From: Myxococcota bacterium
Lineage (GTDB): Bacteria; Myxococcota_A; UBA796; CAJQPC01
Direction: 5' to 3'
Length of the DNA stretch: 64,000 nucleotides
NCBI GenBank assembly: GCA_036229005.1
Contig: JAZAMN010000008.1
Location: 134,930-198,929 of the forward strand
Under the pieces are notes generated by a model, which saw only the letters and a list, made by a program, of their open reading frames with translations, did no database searches and was not told where the DNA came from. Below are positions 28,108 to 37,789 of the stretch, one piece after another; position 1 is the stretch's first letter, and each line of letters opens with the position of its first letter. The position numbers and the translations under genes are program-made.

Positions 28108-29691
28108 TCAGGCCTGGAGCACCTGGGGGATGGCCGCGCCGTCCACCGTCATCACGAACACGTGGTCGCCCTGGCGCAGCACCAGGTTTCCGCGGGGGGC
28201 CAACATCTCGCCACCTCGGGCGACCGCGGCCAGCACCACCGCCTCGTCCAGCCCAAGCTCCCGCACGCTGCGGCCGATGGCGGGGGCACCAGGCTCCAGC
28301 CACACCCGCGTCATGGCCGAGCCCGCGGGCGCGTCGCCCCCCAGATCCAGGGTGACCGGCGCGCTGGGCGGCTCCGGGTGGGTCAGCCCCAGCGCCCGCG
28401 CCAGGGGCACTGTGGTGGTCCCCTGCACCAGGGCCCCGACGATCACCACCACGAACACCACATCAAAGATCTGCTCGCCCGCCGGCACCCCCTTGAGCAG
28501 CGGCACGGTGGCCAGGATGATGGGCACCGCGCCCTTGAGCCCCGCCCAGGACACCAGGGTGAGCTCCCGCAGCGAATAGCGGTGCTGCGCGAAGGGCCAC
28601 AGAGGAAGCACCGCGACCGCCACGCTCAGTGGGCGGGCCAGCAGCACCATCCCGGCCGCCAGCAGCGTGGAGGGGCCCAGCGCACCCACGAGCCGGTCGG
28701 GGAAGGAGAGCAACCCCAGCAGCAGGAACATCCCGATCTGGGCGCCCCAGGCCAGGGTGTCCAGGGCCGTCTGGATCTCGTGCAGGTAGGCCACCTTGCG
28801 GTAGCGCAGCAGCAGGCCGGTGACGTAGATGGCCAAGAAGCCGTTGCCCCCCAGCAGGTTGGTCAGGGCGAACAGGCCCACGCCGCCGGCCAGCGCGAAC
28901 ACCGGGTAGAGCCCCGAGCCCTCCAGGCGCAGGCGCCGTAGCGTCCACGCCAGCCCCCAGCCGCCCGCCAGGCCCACGCACAGCCCCAGGCCCAGTTGCG
29001 CGGCCACCCCCAGCAGCAGGTGGGGGATCGAGACCTCGCCGCCGGTGAGCGCCGTCGCCAGGGCCAGGGTCAGGTAGATCGACATCGGGTCGTTGGTGCC
29101 CGACTCCGCCTCCAGCAGGGAGCGCAGGCGGGTGGGCAGGCCCGCACGGCGCAGCACCGAGAACACCGCCGCCGCGTCCGTCGGGGCCAGCACCGCCCCC
29201 AGCAGCAGCGCGCTGGACCAGTCCAGGGGCGTGAGCCAGCGGGCCAGCGCCGCCATGGTCAGCATCTTGGTGAGCACCCCCACCGTCGACAGCGCCAGGG
29301 CCGGCGCCAGCGCCCTGCGCATCCGGGACGCGTCCGTATTCAGCCCGCCCGAGAACAGGATCACCGCCAGCGCCAGCGTCCCCACCCGGTACGCCAGCGC
29401 GTAGTCCGCGAAGGGGATCCCCCCCGGCCCGCTACTGCCCGCCAGCATGCCCAGCCCCACAAAGATCACCAGCGCCGGCACCCCCCAGCGCGCCGCCGTG
29501 CGGGTTCCAACCACCGACAGACACACCAGCACGGAGAGCACCAGAAGCAGCGGATCGATGAGGGGCTCCAGGCGCGATTGGGGCCCACTCAAGGCCACCA
29601 GCCCCCAAAGCTTGCGACCCGGCCCCGCCCCGGCAAGCGGCCCAGCGATGGGACACTCCGTTGTCTGTCCGGTGCCTTGCGCCAGGCTCAA
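28108..29691 (-). CDS. potassium/proton antiporter (CvrA/NhaP2-like) with TrkA-C domain; true start probably ~29570-29605
   Basis: PTDAAAVF, AESGTNDP, GGNGFLAIY, AGLKGAVPI. Confidence 0.9.
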   Translation of the reverse strand: MSLAQGTGQTTECPIAGPLAGAGPGRKLWGLVALSGPQSRLEPLIDPLLLVLSVLVCLSVVGTRTAARWGVPALVIFVGLGMLAGSSGPGGIPFADYALAYRVGTLALAVILFSGGLNTDASRMRRALAPALALSTVGVLTKMLTMAALARWLTPLDWSSALLLGAVLAPTDAAAVFSVLRRAGLPTRLRSLLEAESGTNDPMSIYLTLALATALTGGEVSIPHLLLGVAAQLGLGLCVGLAGGWGLAWTLRRLRLEGSGLYPVFALAGGVGLFALTNLLGGNGFLAIYVTGLLLRYRKVAYLHEIQTALDTLAWGAQIGMFLLLGLLSFPDRLVGALGPSTLLAAGMVLLARPLSVAVAVLPLWPFAQHRYSLRELTLVSWAGLKGAVPIILATVPLLKGVPAGEQIFDVVFVVVIVGALVQGTTTVPLARALGLTHPEPPSAPVTLDLGGDAPAGSAMTRVWLEPGAPAIGRSVRELGLDEAVVLAAVARGGEMLAPRGNLVLRQGDHVFVMTVDGAAIPQVLQA

Positions 29692-29693
29692 AA

Positions 29694-29712
29694 CGAAACC
29701 ATATTGGTTGCA
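29694..29712. promoter_or_regulatory. putative Rrf2 operator 1
   Basis: CGAAAC-N7-GTTGCA; its reverse complement resembles the 30176 site (AATCTG(C/T)AACCAA). Confidence 0.5.
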
Positions 29713-29719
29713 GATTCAG

Positions 29720-30133
29720 ATGCAGAACAGCCGCTTCGCCGTCGCCGTCCACATCTTCACCCTGCTGGCCTGGGGCCGGGGGGAGCCCATGACCTCTGCC
29801 TTCATTGCGGGCAGCGTGAACACCAACCCCGTTGTCGTGCGTCGTCTCCTCGCGGAGCTGCGCGAGGCCGGCCTGGTGTCCTCCAAGTCGGGGCCTGGTG
29901 GTGGGTGGGTCCTCGAGCGCGATCCCAGCCTCGTGCGCTTGGATCAGATCCTGGCCGTCGTCCAGCCCGGCCTCCCCTTTGGCCTCCACGCAACCCCCCC
30001 AAACCCCGCCTGTCCCGTCGGCAGGCAGATCCAAGGCCGCCTGGAGCAGTGCTTCGACGCCGCCCGCAAGGCCCAGGACGCCGAGCTCGCCAAGACCACC
30101 ATCGCGGACCTGCTCGCCGAGCTGCAGGACTGA
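29720..30133 (+). CDS. Rrf2 family transcriptional regulator
   Basis: SRFAVAVH, TS..IA.SVNTNPVVVRR, GPGGG, PNPACPVG. Confidence 0.92.
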   Translation: MQNSRFAVAVHIFTLLAWGRGEPMTSAFIAGSVNTNPVVVRRLLAELREAGLVSSKSGPGGGWVLERDPSLVRLDQILAVVQPGLPFGLHATPPNPACPVGRQIQGRLEQCFDAARKAQDAELAKTTIADLLAELQD

Positions 30134-30175
30134 ATCCACCCCTTCCTTCGTCGGGCGCCTCTGGGTGCCCAAATC

Positions 30176-30194
30176 TGTAACCAAAACAGTTCCA
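30176..30194. promoter_or_regulatory. putative Rrf2 operator 2
   Basis: TGTAAC-N7-GTTCCA imperfect palindrome upstream of the oxidoreductase. Confidence 0.5.
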
Positions 30195-30208
30195 ATCAGG
30201 AGCCTCTC

Positions 30209-31060
30209 ATGATCGCCATCACCGGATCCACTGGCCAGCTCGGCCGCAAGGTCATCGCCACCCTCCAGTCCCGCGCCCCCCAGGCCCAGCTCGTCGCCCT
30301 CGCCCGCAGCCCTGAGAAGGCCGCAGACCTGGGCGTGCCTGTCCGTCAGGCCGACTACGACCAGCCCGAGACCCTCAGCGCCGCGCTCCAGGGCGTGGAC
30401 ACCTTGCTGCTCATCAGCGGCAGCGAGATCGGCAAGCGCGCCGAGCAGCACGCCAACGTCATTCGTGCCGCCAAGGCCCAGGGCGTCCAGCGCATCGTCT
30501 ACACCAGCTTGCTGCGCGCCGACACCTCTCCCATCTCCTTGGCCCCCGAGCACCTGGCCACCGAGGCCGCCCTCGCCGACAGCGGCATCGCCCATACCAT
30601 CCTCCGGAATGGCTGGTACGTCGAGAACTACCTGGCCAGCCTGGGTGGAACCTTGCAGGCTGGCGCTCTCTTCGGCGCTGCGGGCCAGGGCCGCATCCAC
30701 TGGGCCACCCGCCAAGACTTCGCCGAGGCCGCCGTCGCCGCCCTCCTGGATCCCCAGACCGCCGGCCAGGTCTTCGAGCTCTCCGGAGACCAGGGCTACA
30801 CCCTCAGCGAGCTCGCCGCCGAGATCAGCGCCCAGACCCAGCGCGAGATCCCCTACAACGACCTGAGCGTGGACGACTACGCAGCCCTGCTTGTGCAGGT
30901 CGGTCTGCCCGAGCCCGTCGCTGCATTCGTGGCTGCGGCGGACGGGGACGCTGCCCAGGGTGCTCTGGAGGATGAGGGCAAGCAGCTCAGTGGCCTCATC
31001 GGGCGCCCGACCACACCCCTGAGCACCTCGGTCGCCCAGGCACTGGCCGCGCTCTCCTGA
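30209..31060 (+). CDS. NmrA-like NAD(P)H:quinone oxidoreductase (YtfG/QorB-like)
   Basis: TGSTGQLG, ADYDQPETL, LRNGWY.EN, LSGLIGRPTTPL. Confidence 0.9.
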   Translation: MIAITGSTGQLGRKVIATLQSRAPQAQLVALARSPEKAADLGVPVRQADYDQPETLSAALQGVDTLLLISGSEIGKRAEQHANVIRAAKAQGVQRIVYTSLLRADTSPISLAPEHLATEAALADSGIAHTILRNGWYVENYLASLGGTLQAGALFGAAGQGRIHWATRQDFAEAAVAALLDPQTAGQVFELSGDQGYTLSELAAEISAQTQREIPYNDLSVDDYAALLVQVGLPEPVAAFVAAADGDAAQGALEDEGKQLSGLIGRPTTPLSTSVAQALAALS

Positions 31061-31132
31061 CCCCAGCGAGGTGCGGCTGGGCCAGTCCCAACCCCTTCGG
31101 GCCCCCTCGCCGCGCCATCGCGCTGGATCCCC

Positions 31133-31161
31133 TTGCCGCTTTCAAGCCGGGTGGCTAAACG
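31133..31161 (+). promoter_or_regulatory. putative tRNA promoter
   Basis: TTGCCG-N17-TAAACG upstream of tRNA. Confidence 0.45.
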
Positions 31162-31177
31162 GGAGGGGCTCCTATGT

Positions 31178-31254
31178 CGGGGTGTGGCGCAGTCTGGTAG
31201 CGCGCCTGCTTCGGGAGCAGGAAGTCGTGGGTTCGAATCCCGCCACCCCGACCA
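31178..31254 (+). tRNA. tRNA-Pro(CGG)
   Basis: CGGGGTG/CACCCCG acceptor stem, CCTGC-TTCGGGA-GCAGG anticodon arm, GGTTCGAATCC, CCA end. Confidence 0.97.
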
Positions 31255-31264
31255 TCCCCTCAAT

Positions 31265-31298
31265 CCGCCCCCCGTCTGGCTTTGCTGGCGGGGGGCGG
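31265..31298 (+). terminator. GC hairpin after tRNA (island-supplied)
   Basis: CCGCCCCCCG ... CGGGGGGCGG stem; weak U-tract. Confidence 0.5.
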
Positions 31299-31358
31299 TG
31301 AGCTTCAGGGGAAGGGTGGGATCGGCGTGACTAGCACCCTGACTAGCAAATCGGGCTG

Positions 31359-32108
31359 CTACGCCGTCCGGTCCTCCCCCAGGAGCCTGTGGACCATGGC
31401 TTCGAGATCCTTCGGCTGAAGAGGCGCATCGGCTCTCTGGATCCTCCTCGTCAGCTCAGCGACCAGGAAGAGGAGCTCGGCCGGCCCGTCGATCACACCG
31501 CGGTCATTGAGCCAGTCAGCGACCTGCAGGAGACGTCCGAGGCTCACCCGGTGGGGACCTGTCTCCATCTCACTCAGCGTGGACACGGGGACCGGTGGGG
31601 TCATGGAGGCACCGGCCTCGGCGAGGGTGACACCGGCCCGGAGTCGAAGACACCGGAGCAGGAAGCGAACAGCGTCCACGACCTGGTCTCTCGAGGAGGT
31701 GGGAAGGCCTCGCGAGCGGTCTGCGTCGCTCAAGGCGAGCACCGTGCCGAGGATGTCTTCCCAGGACTCCGAGTGCTCGGCCAGGGTCTCCGGAGAGACC
31801 CGGTCGAGAGAGACGGGAATCCGCTCCTCCCTCAGATCCTCCACCAACTCACCCACCTGGGCCAGGAGTGACGTGAATCCGGCCTGCCCGGAATTTGCCG
31901 AGTAGGGCCGGAGGTGGGGATCGAGGGCCAGGAGCTGGCTGACGTTCGCGGTCGAGAGTCCCGACTCCAACCTGCTCAGGTTGGCCTGTGGAATTCCTGA
32001 TCGCCTGGAGACCTCCCTCATCGAGAGACCCAGCTGCCGTCGTCGGGACATGACGAGTACAGCGGCCACGACCGAGATCGGAATTGGAGAAAGTTCTTGC
32101 GGGGCCAT
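31359..32108 (-). CDS. tandem XRE-family HTH regulator
   Basis: Two HTH_3-like units (LSMREVSRRSGIPQANLSRLESG; VTLAEAG...STLSEMETG). Confidence 0.75.
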   Translation of the reverse strand: MAPQELSPIPISVVAAVLVMSRRRQLGLSMREVSRRSGIPQANLSRLESGLSTANVSQLLALDPHLRPYSANSGQAGFTSLLAQVGELVEDLREERIPVSLDRVSPETLAEHSESWEDILGTVLALSDADRSRGLPTSSRDQVVDAVRFLLRCLRLRAGVTLAEAGASMTPPVPVSTLSEMETGPHRVSLGRLLQVADWLNDRGVIDGPAELLFLVAELTRRIQRADAPLQPKDLEAMVHRLLGEDRTA

Positions 32109-32174
32109 TCAGTGTGATCCTATTATCGATCATGAATGCTGCACTATGTGACAACAACCGCCTGGCAACAGGCC

Positions 32175-32699
32175 ATGGACACCGACGAAATCGTGGACCC
32201 TCCATGCGGGGCTCCAGTGCACGTTCGCTTCGGGACATCGGCTTGGACCCACGTAACCTGCCCTGGGTGCTTGCAGATGCGGCCGAAGGTGCCCGGGCCG
32301 TGGCTCTCCATGCCCGAAGCTGCTGACGTTCTCGGGGTGAGCGAGCGACACCTGAGAGACCAGATCGCGAGGGGACGCCTAGCAGGCGCGGTTGTCCGGC
32401 TGGGCCGGACAGTCCGCGTACATGGAGATTCCCTCCCTGCGGTACTCCTAAGAGGAAGCGATGGCCTGGCTCATCAAGAACAAGCGGAAGCACCCGGACA
32501 CCGGACGCAAGAGGACCTACTACCAGATTGCGTGGCGGGACCACGGCATCGTGACGACCAAGGCGCTGGGCTTCATCCCGGCGACCGAGGCCCAGAAGGC
32601 GCAGAAGATCGTGGAGGCGAGGCTCCTGGCCGGCCTCAGTCCCCTGGAAGTGGAACAGCCTTCGCCCGGGCCCTCTTCGCGAGTGCCGACCGTGGGTGA
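32175..32699 (+). CDS. excisionase-like HTH_17 DNA-binding protein (3' end overlaps int)
   Basis: LSMPEAADVLGVSERHLRDQIARGRL..VRLGRTVRV. Confidence 0.7.
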   Translation: MDTDEIVDPPCGAPVHVRFGTSAWTHVTCPGCLQMRPKVPGPWLSMPEAADVLGVSERHLRDQIARGRLAGAVVRLGRTVRVHGDSLPAVLLRGSDGLAHQEQAEAPGHRTQEDLLPDCVAGPRHRDDQGAGLHPGDRGPEGAEDRGGEAPGRPQSPGSGTAFARALFASADRG

Positions 32700-33624
32700 G
32701 TTCCTCCAAGAAGAGTGGCTGCCCACGGTGCGGCGGGACTACGCCAACTCGACCTACAAGCACGAGGTCACGGGTGCCAACAACCTCGTCAGGGAGTTGG
32801 GCAGGCTGCCCCTGGATCGCATCGACTATGCCCGCATGGACCGCTTCATCACCAAGCGGCGCAGGGAGGGAGTCCGCACCCGCACCGTTCAGCTCGATGT
32901 CCGGGTGATGAAGCGGGCACTCAGACACGCGGAGCGCCTCGGAGTGCTCGAAGCCGCACCTGAGCTGCCCGTGGTCAAGGTCACCGACGCAAAGCCCCAC
33001 AACTGGCTCAGCGAAGAGGAGAGCCGCCGCCTGCTCGTTGCCGCGAAGCCGCCCGAGGTCCAGGCAGACGTCACGCGCGGGCGTCCCCCCAAGAACTACG
33101 ACCCCCTCAGCTACCTGGCCATTCTTATGGCGCTCAACCTGGGGATGCGCCGGGGTGAGATCATGAGCCGGGGATGGGAGGACGTCCGTTGGTCTCGCGG
33201 GCCGCATGGCGTCTTGACCATCTCGGCCAAGCCGGCCGCCGACTTTCGCGTCAAGACGCGTCGGTCTCGGGTCATCCCCCTCACCCCCGAAGTCCGCGCG
33301 GCGCTCAAGGCCCAGCACGAGACGCTCGGCTGTCCCGCGACCGGCTGGATTTTCCCCAGCCCGCGTGACCCCAGCAGGCCCCGGAAGACCTTCATCCGAG
33401 CACTCAAGAACGCATGTGAGCGTGCGGGGCTTCGGCCCATCCACCCCCATGGACTCCGGCACAGCTGGGCCTCTCGCCTCGCCATGGCTGGCGTCGACCG
33501 CAAGGCCCTGATGGAGCTCGGCGGCTGGAAGGACGGGAGGATGCTCGACGAGATCTACGCCCACGTCAGCGATGACCACGTCGCCGAGATCATGAGCCGA
33601 GTCGGTCTCTCCCCCGTCAGTTGA
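32461..33624 (+). CDS. tyrosine integrase of the island
   Basis: GMRRGEI (R), VKT (K), HGLRHSWAS, LGGW, IYAH (Y). Confidence 0.93.
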   Translation: MAWLIKNKRKHPDTGRKRTYYQIAWRDHGIVTTKALGFIPATEAQKAQKIVEARLLAGLSPLEVEQPSPGPSSRVPTVGEFLQEEWLPTVRRDYANSTYKHEVTGANNLVRELGRLPLDRIDYARMDRFITKRRREGVRTRTVQLDVRVMKRALRHAERLGVLEAAPELPVVKVTDAKPHNWLSEEESRRLLVAAKPPEVQADVTRGRPPKNYDPLSYLAILMALNLGMRRGEIMSRGWEDVRWSRGPHGVLTISAKPAADFRVKTRRSRVIPLTPEVRAALKAQHETLGCPATGWIFPSPRDPSRPRKTFIRALKNACERAGLRPIHPHGLRHSWASRLAMAGVDRKALMELGGWKDGRMLDEIYAHVSDDHVAEIMSRVGLSPVS

Positions 33625-33655
33625 AGCCACCACTCTTCCCAACACAGGAGCCTCC

Positions 33656-34093
33656 ATGCACTACCGGGATTCCGAGGAGTTCATCACCATCCAAGCAGCT
33701 GAGATGCTCACTGCCTGGCATCGCGTCGTCCATAGGCTCCTGGGGAGGCAGCAGACCCCTCAGCAGAGTCCGCCCAAATACCCCCACTTCGACGACAGCG
33801 GCTGGGTCCGCCTGCCCCCCGACTGGGTCTGGGAAGAGCTGGCCCCGATCACCGTGGTGTTCAGGCGACTCGCCAGGGAGCGGCATCCGCCCATCCAGTA
33901 CACGCTCGTTCCTGACGAGGGCACGCTGGGGCAGGCGGGGTTCGAAGACTGTCTGGCCCAAATTGCCGGAAGGCTGGACGCCCCGTTTGCTGGCAAGATC
34001 CGCTTTGAGCTGCTCTCGGAGGGCCGGCGGGAACATGTGCTGAACTTCGACGCGACCATCGGGTGGCCATTCTCGCAGGACACCCTCCGATGA
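33656..34093 (+). CDS. hypothetical protein
   Basis: AGGAG RBS; coupled to next ORF. Confidence 0.6.
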   Translation: MHYRDSEEFITIQAAEMLTAWHRVVHRLLGRQQTPQQSPPKYPHFDDSGWVRLPPDWVWEELAPITVVFRRLARERHPPIQYTLVPDEGTLGQAGFEDCLAQIAGRLDAPFAGKIRFELLSEGRREHVLNFDATIGWPFSQDTLR

Positions 34094-34917
34094 GGCCGGA
34101 GGAGCGCCTCTACAGGGGTGGAAAGACCGTCGCGGACGCGATCCTGGAGGTTGGCGACGCCAGCTCCATCAGACTCCAGACCTACGGCGTGGACGTGTCG
34201 CTGGCCAGGGCCTCCTGTGTACCCCCAATCCGCGATGAACGTCTGGTCGTGCCATGGGACGCTGCACTCCAAGCGCTGCCTCGGGAACTACTGGCCATCA
34301 GCCCTCCAACGCTCCATGAGCCCGTGGCGTTGGAGCGCCTCCTCCGCTCTGTCCTGATCGAAGCGCTGCTGGTGTGGAGGCTGGACGACGCCGGCCTCCA
34401 GGCTGGAATGAGGCTCGAGCTCGGCCCCCAGGAGCTACGAGTCACGGTCCCTGGAAGCGTCCCGGGTGGGACGGCATCGACCTCACCCACCGCCTATCAG
34501 CCAATCAACCCTCTCCTTGCATCTCGGCTCTTCGCCCGTGGGCATCGAACAGACGGTCCCGCGGCAACAGCTCAGATGGCTGAGGACCAGGGCTTCAAGC
34601 TGAGCTGGGAGGAGGGCGCAGATCATGTCTGTCTACACCTCCAACGCGTTCGGACCCTCGTGAGAGCCGCCAGGCTTCGTCGACGTGCGAGGACACCAGC
34701 CGCCGCAAGACGTGAGCTGATCCTGGAGCTGATGCAAAGCCAGCCCCAGCAAACCGCCACAAACCGGACCCTACGCGCCCTCGGGGGTTTCAAGCGCCAG
34801 ACCTTGAGCAAGGACCTGAAGGCCCTCGAAGAAGCCGGCCTCGTCGCTCCAACCCACCCCAACCGCAGCAGCTCGAACCAAGCGTGGCAGCTGACCGCCC
34901 AAGGCCAGCGAGCATAG
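34090..34917 (+). CDS. degenerate RecG-C/HATPase_c_4-like domain with C-terminal wHTH
   Basis: LR..LIEAL, LRVTVPG, PINPLLA; DLKALEEAGLVAPTHPNRSSSNQAWQLT. Confidence 0.55.
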   Translation: MRPEERLYRGGKTVADAILEVGDASSIRLQTYGVDVSLARASCVPPIRDERLVVPWDAALQALPRELLAISPPTLHEPVALERLLRSVLIEALLVWRLDDAGLQAGMRLELGPQELRVTVPGSVPGGTASTSPTAYQPINPLLASRLFARGHRTDGPAATAQMAEDQGFKLSWEEGADHVCLHLQRVRTLVRAARLRRRARTPAAARRELILELMQSQPQQTATNRTLRALGGFKRQTLSKDLKALEEAGLVAPTHPNRSSSNQAWQLTAQGQRA

Positions 34918-34919
34918 AG

Positions 34920-36215
34920 ATGGACGCTGTATCCTGGACCAACTGGTTCCAACTCCTCGATCTCACCTCAAGCATCCAGGATGTCGTCTCGACAGACGGA
35001 CCGCTCCGAGTCTCCATCGCGTTGGATAGGCGACCGGAACTCAATCAGTCGACCTTCTTCCTGACTCGCGCGCAGGAGCCTATTGCCCACTGGCTGGGGC
35101 AGACAGCCGCTCTGCTTCCCTCAAAATACCGTGGCGGAGTCGTGATTGAGCTCGTTCCCCTATGCCAACAGCTGGGGACAACCGAGGAATACGAGGTGTG
35201 GATCGCTCCGCCCGCAGCGATCCGGGCCCAACGGCGGGTCGACGAAGCAGACAGAAGGGCGGCCCGGGCCTTCCAGATGCTCAATCAAACACAAGCCACG
35301 GCAAACAGGATTCTGGGTGGAATCGCTGCCAACATCGAAGCCACCGCGAGCCTTGTGGAGGCCGCTCGACCTCACGAACGTCGACCGAAGACCCGCAGAC
35401 GAAGGGGCCCCGAGAAGACTCTGGAGGCCCTTCGGGAGCTCTTCGACCTGCCAGCCAAGCAGGAAGACGACCTACCCAGAGGGCGAAGGACAGCCACGCT
35501 CCGTCAACAGCTGAAGTCCATCCGGGTCAGGCTGTCGGAGTCGGACAGTAAGGATCCTGACACCCTGGAGATCCTCCACGAGCTTCAAGACCTGGATGGA
35601 GCGAGCCCTGAACAGCTCGTGGCCAAGAAGCAGGCATACGATGCATTCTGCCTCCGCCGCGAGAGTGCAACGAGCCAGCCTGTGGAGCCCGCCGGTCGGG
35701 GTCCAACGAAGAAGAAGGCAGCAGGTAGAAGGACCCGTCGAAGAGCCAAGGCAAGCTCCGGCGACCTTCCCCCACTCAAGGCAGCATGGCGCAAAGCAGC
35801 CCAGAGGATGGAGAAGCTCGCCGTGGAGGCTCCCGAGTCACTGAAGGGCCCGATCGCTCGTGCGGCCGCGGTGCTTGCGGGCGACTTTCCAGAGGATCTC
35901 CGGGACCAAGCAGATGTACCGGCCATGCTCACTCGGGGAATTCTCTCCATCGACGACCAGTCAGCAGTGCCAGGGCCACTGCAGCTACGCGCCGCTCACT
36001 GCTTGGTTCAGCTCATTGAAGCCGTACCTGGTGTGGTCGCTGTCATTCCCTGCCCTGGAACACTCGTCGATGGGGACTTTGCGGTCAGCAGCGATGGGCA
36101 GACGGGCAAGATCCGACGGGTTCTGCAGATCGGCTGGTGCAGCCGCAGCGATGGTCTCTGCGCCATTGTGGAGGTCGAGGACGGACGTCCCGACCAACCC
36201 ATCGGGAGCCTGTAG
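34920..36215 (+). CDS. hypothetical coiled-coil protein, GrpE-like C-terminus
   Basis: Long ORF in apparent operon; C-terminal IPCPGTLVD...GKIRRVLQIGW...AIVEV. Confidence 0.55.
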   Translation: MDAVSWTNWFQLLDLTSSIQDVVSTDGPLRVSIALDRRPELNQSTFFLTRAQEPIAHWLGQTAALLPSKYRGGVVIELVPLCQQLGTTEEYEVWIAPPAAIRAQRRVDEADRRAARAFQMLNQTQATANRILGGIAANIEATASLVEAARPHERRPKTRRRRGPEKTLEALRELFDLPAKQEDDLPRGRRTATLRQQLKSIRVRLSESDSKDPDTLEILHELQDLDGASPEQLVAKKQAYDAFCLRRESATSQPVEPAGRGPTKKKAAGRRTRRRAKASSGDLPPLKAAWRKAAQRMEKLAVEAPESLKGPIARAAAVLAGDFPEDLRDQADVPAMLTRGILSIDDQSAVPGPLQLRAAHCLVQLIEAVPGVVAVIPCPGTLVDGDFAVSSDGQTGKIRRVLQIGWCSRSDGLCAIVEVEDGRPDQPIGSL

Positions 36216-36616
36216 AAGGGCGTCTCCTCCTGACGCCTTATCGCAGAAGGGAGTCGGTTGAGTCGGAGCCGCGCTTCCAGCAGTTGGCTTGCGTCTGTTC
36301 CGCTCATCGCTGGCTTCTCCAGTCTTGCCTTCTCCGTCCTTCCAAGAGAAGGGAAGGCGGGAAGGCTTCCAAACACCTGCAATCACTTGGATCAGCCGGT
36401 TGAGTCATGCTGTGGGGTGCCGTTGGTTGGGCACAGAGTAGCTCGGCCCGGAATCGAAGAGGAGTCACTCGAGTTGCTCCAGCACTCCCAACGCGAGCAA
36501 CCTTCCACAGCCCCTTCTACGAGCATGGAAGGACCCTTCTGTCTCAACGACCTGAAATCACACTGGATCAGGGCTTGTCCTCCCTAGGCAATAGCGGGGG
36601 CGGCCCGTCGGAATCG

Positions 36617-36985
36617 TCAGAAGCAGTCGTACTCGCCAGCGGTCTCCACTCCCAACTGCTGACATTCCGAGGAGCTGAGCTCCGAGATCTCCGCCGGAGA
36701 AGCCTCGTCCAAGAAGTCCTGACAGATCCGGTAGAGGTCGTCATAGCCCCAGCTTCGCCCCCCGGTGTCCTGACCACTGCAGTAGCTCCAGGCCGCATCA
36801 GCACAGCTCTGGGAGCAGGAAGCAAGCGTGGTCTCAGTTCCGGAAGTGCCGGTATCCCAGCCGCCTCCAGTGCATGCCAGCAGAAGCCCTGCGAATCCGA
36901 GAAGCCCTGCCCCACGAGAAAGCACCTTCACCATCCACACCTCCGAGTTCCCACACACCGTAAGGTTGATTCCGATATTCGTCAA
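36617..36985 (-). CDS. small Cys-rich lipoprotein (start probably ~36934)
   Basis: GLLLAC lipobox; several Cys. Confidence 0.5.
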   Translation of the reverse strand: MTNIGINLTVCGNSEVWMVKVLSRGAGLLGFAGLLLACTGGGWDTGTSGTETTLASCSQSCADAAWSYCSGQDTGGRSWGYDDLYRICQDFLDEASPAEISELSSSECQQLGVETAGEYDCF

Positions 36986-37040
36986 TCAACTATGCGGTTT
37001 ATCGTCTGGATGAAGCCTCAGGAACAGGCCATGCCGTCCA

Positions 37041-37373
37041 ATGGACGAGATCGCGCATCGCTTGAGCCAGAACCTCCGTGCCCTCAGGACACGTGGGGGA
37101 CTCACCCAGGAGCAGCTTGCAGACCGCGCTGGGCTTCGGGTGGCCCAGATCTCCCGCTTAGAGAATGGCGCGAACACCACCCTCGCCACTGTGCAGGCTC
37201 TCGCCCACGGACTCGGAATCGACCCCGTCGAGCTTCTTCAACCAACAGACCGACCCAAGTCCGTTCGGCCCGACCTGCCCGGCCTCTCGACGCTCTCACC
37301 GACGGTTCAGGCTGCGATCGCCAGCCTGGTTGTGAGCTTGGCGAGTGACCAGAGGGAGCCACGTGTTGGCTGA
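37041..37373 (+). CDS. XRE-family HTH regulator
   Basis: LRALRTRGGLTQEQLADRAGL...ISRLENG.NTTLATVQALA. Confidence 0.88.
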   Translation: MDEIAHRLSQNLRALRTRGGLTQEQLADRAGLRVAQISRLENGANTTLATVQALAHGLGIDPVELLQPTDRPKSVRPDLPGLSTLSPTVQAAIASLVVSLASDQREPRVG

Positions 37374-37789
37374 GCGCCTGCCCCCGCGCCTCGCCATCGC
37401 TGGGCTTCAGCCGTCGCTTCGTCCTCCAGCTGTCCTACGCCCCGGGTCAGTCCTGCCACACCAAGGGTCCAGAGACGAACAGGTCACCACGAATGGCGAG
37501 CAGTCTTGGGAGCAGGGGCCGGTGAGCGGGGACGTTTCCAGTCCCTCCTCGGGAGTAGCGGTGCATATGACAACATCAGTAGACCGCTGAGGACTTTGTA
37601 CAGCGTCTGGGGTGCAGGCCTGAAGAACCCGTGGAGGCCTGAGCAAGGCCACTGGCCAACCTCTTGAATTAGATAGCCGCTGTTTTTAGGATGACCATCC
37701 CGATCGACCTACTCGACGTAGCCTAGAGCAAACGTGATCTTAGGGTGTTGGTGGCGTTGTACCCGAGGGTGTACCCCGAGAGCTGTAGC

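Noticed and set aside
31849..33657. 602-aa minus-strand ORF
   Set aside because: Antisense shadow of the integrase.
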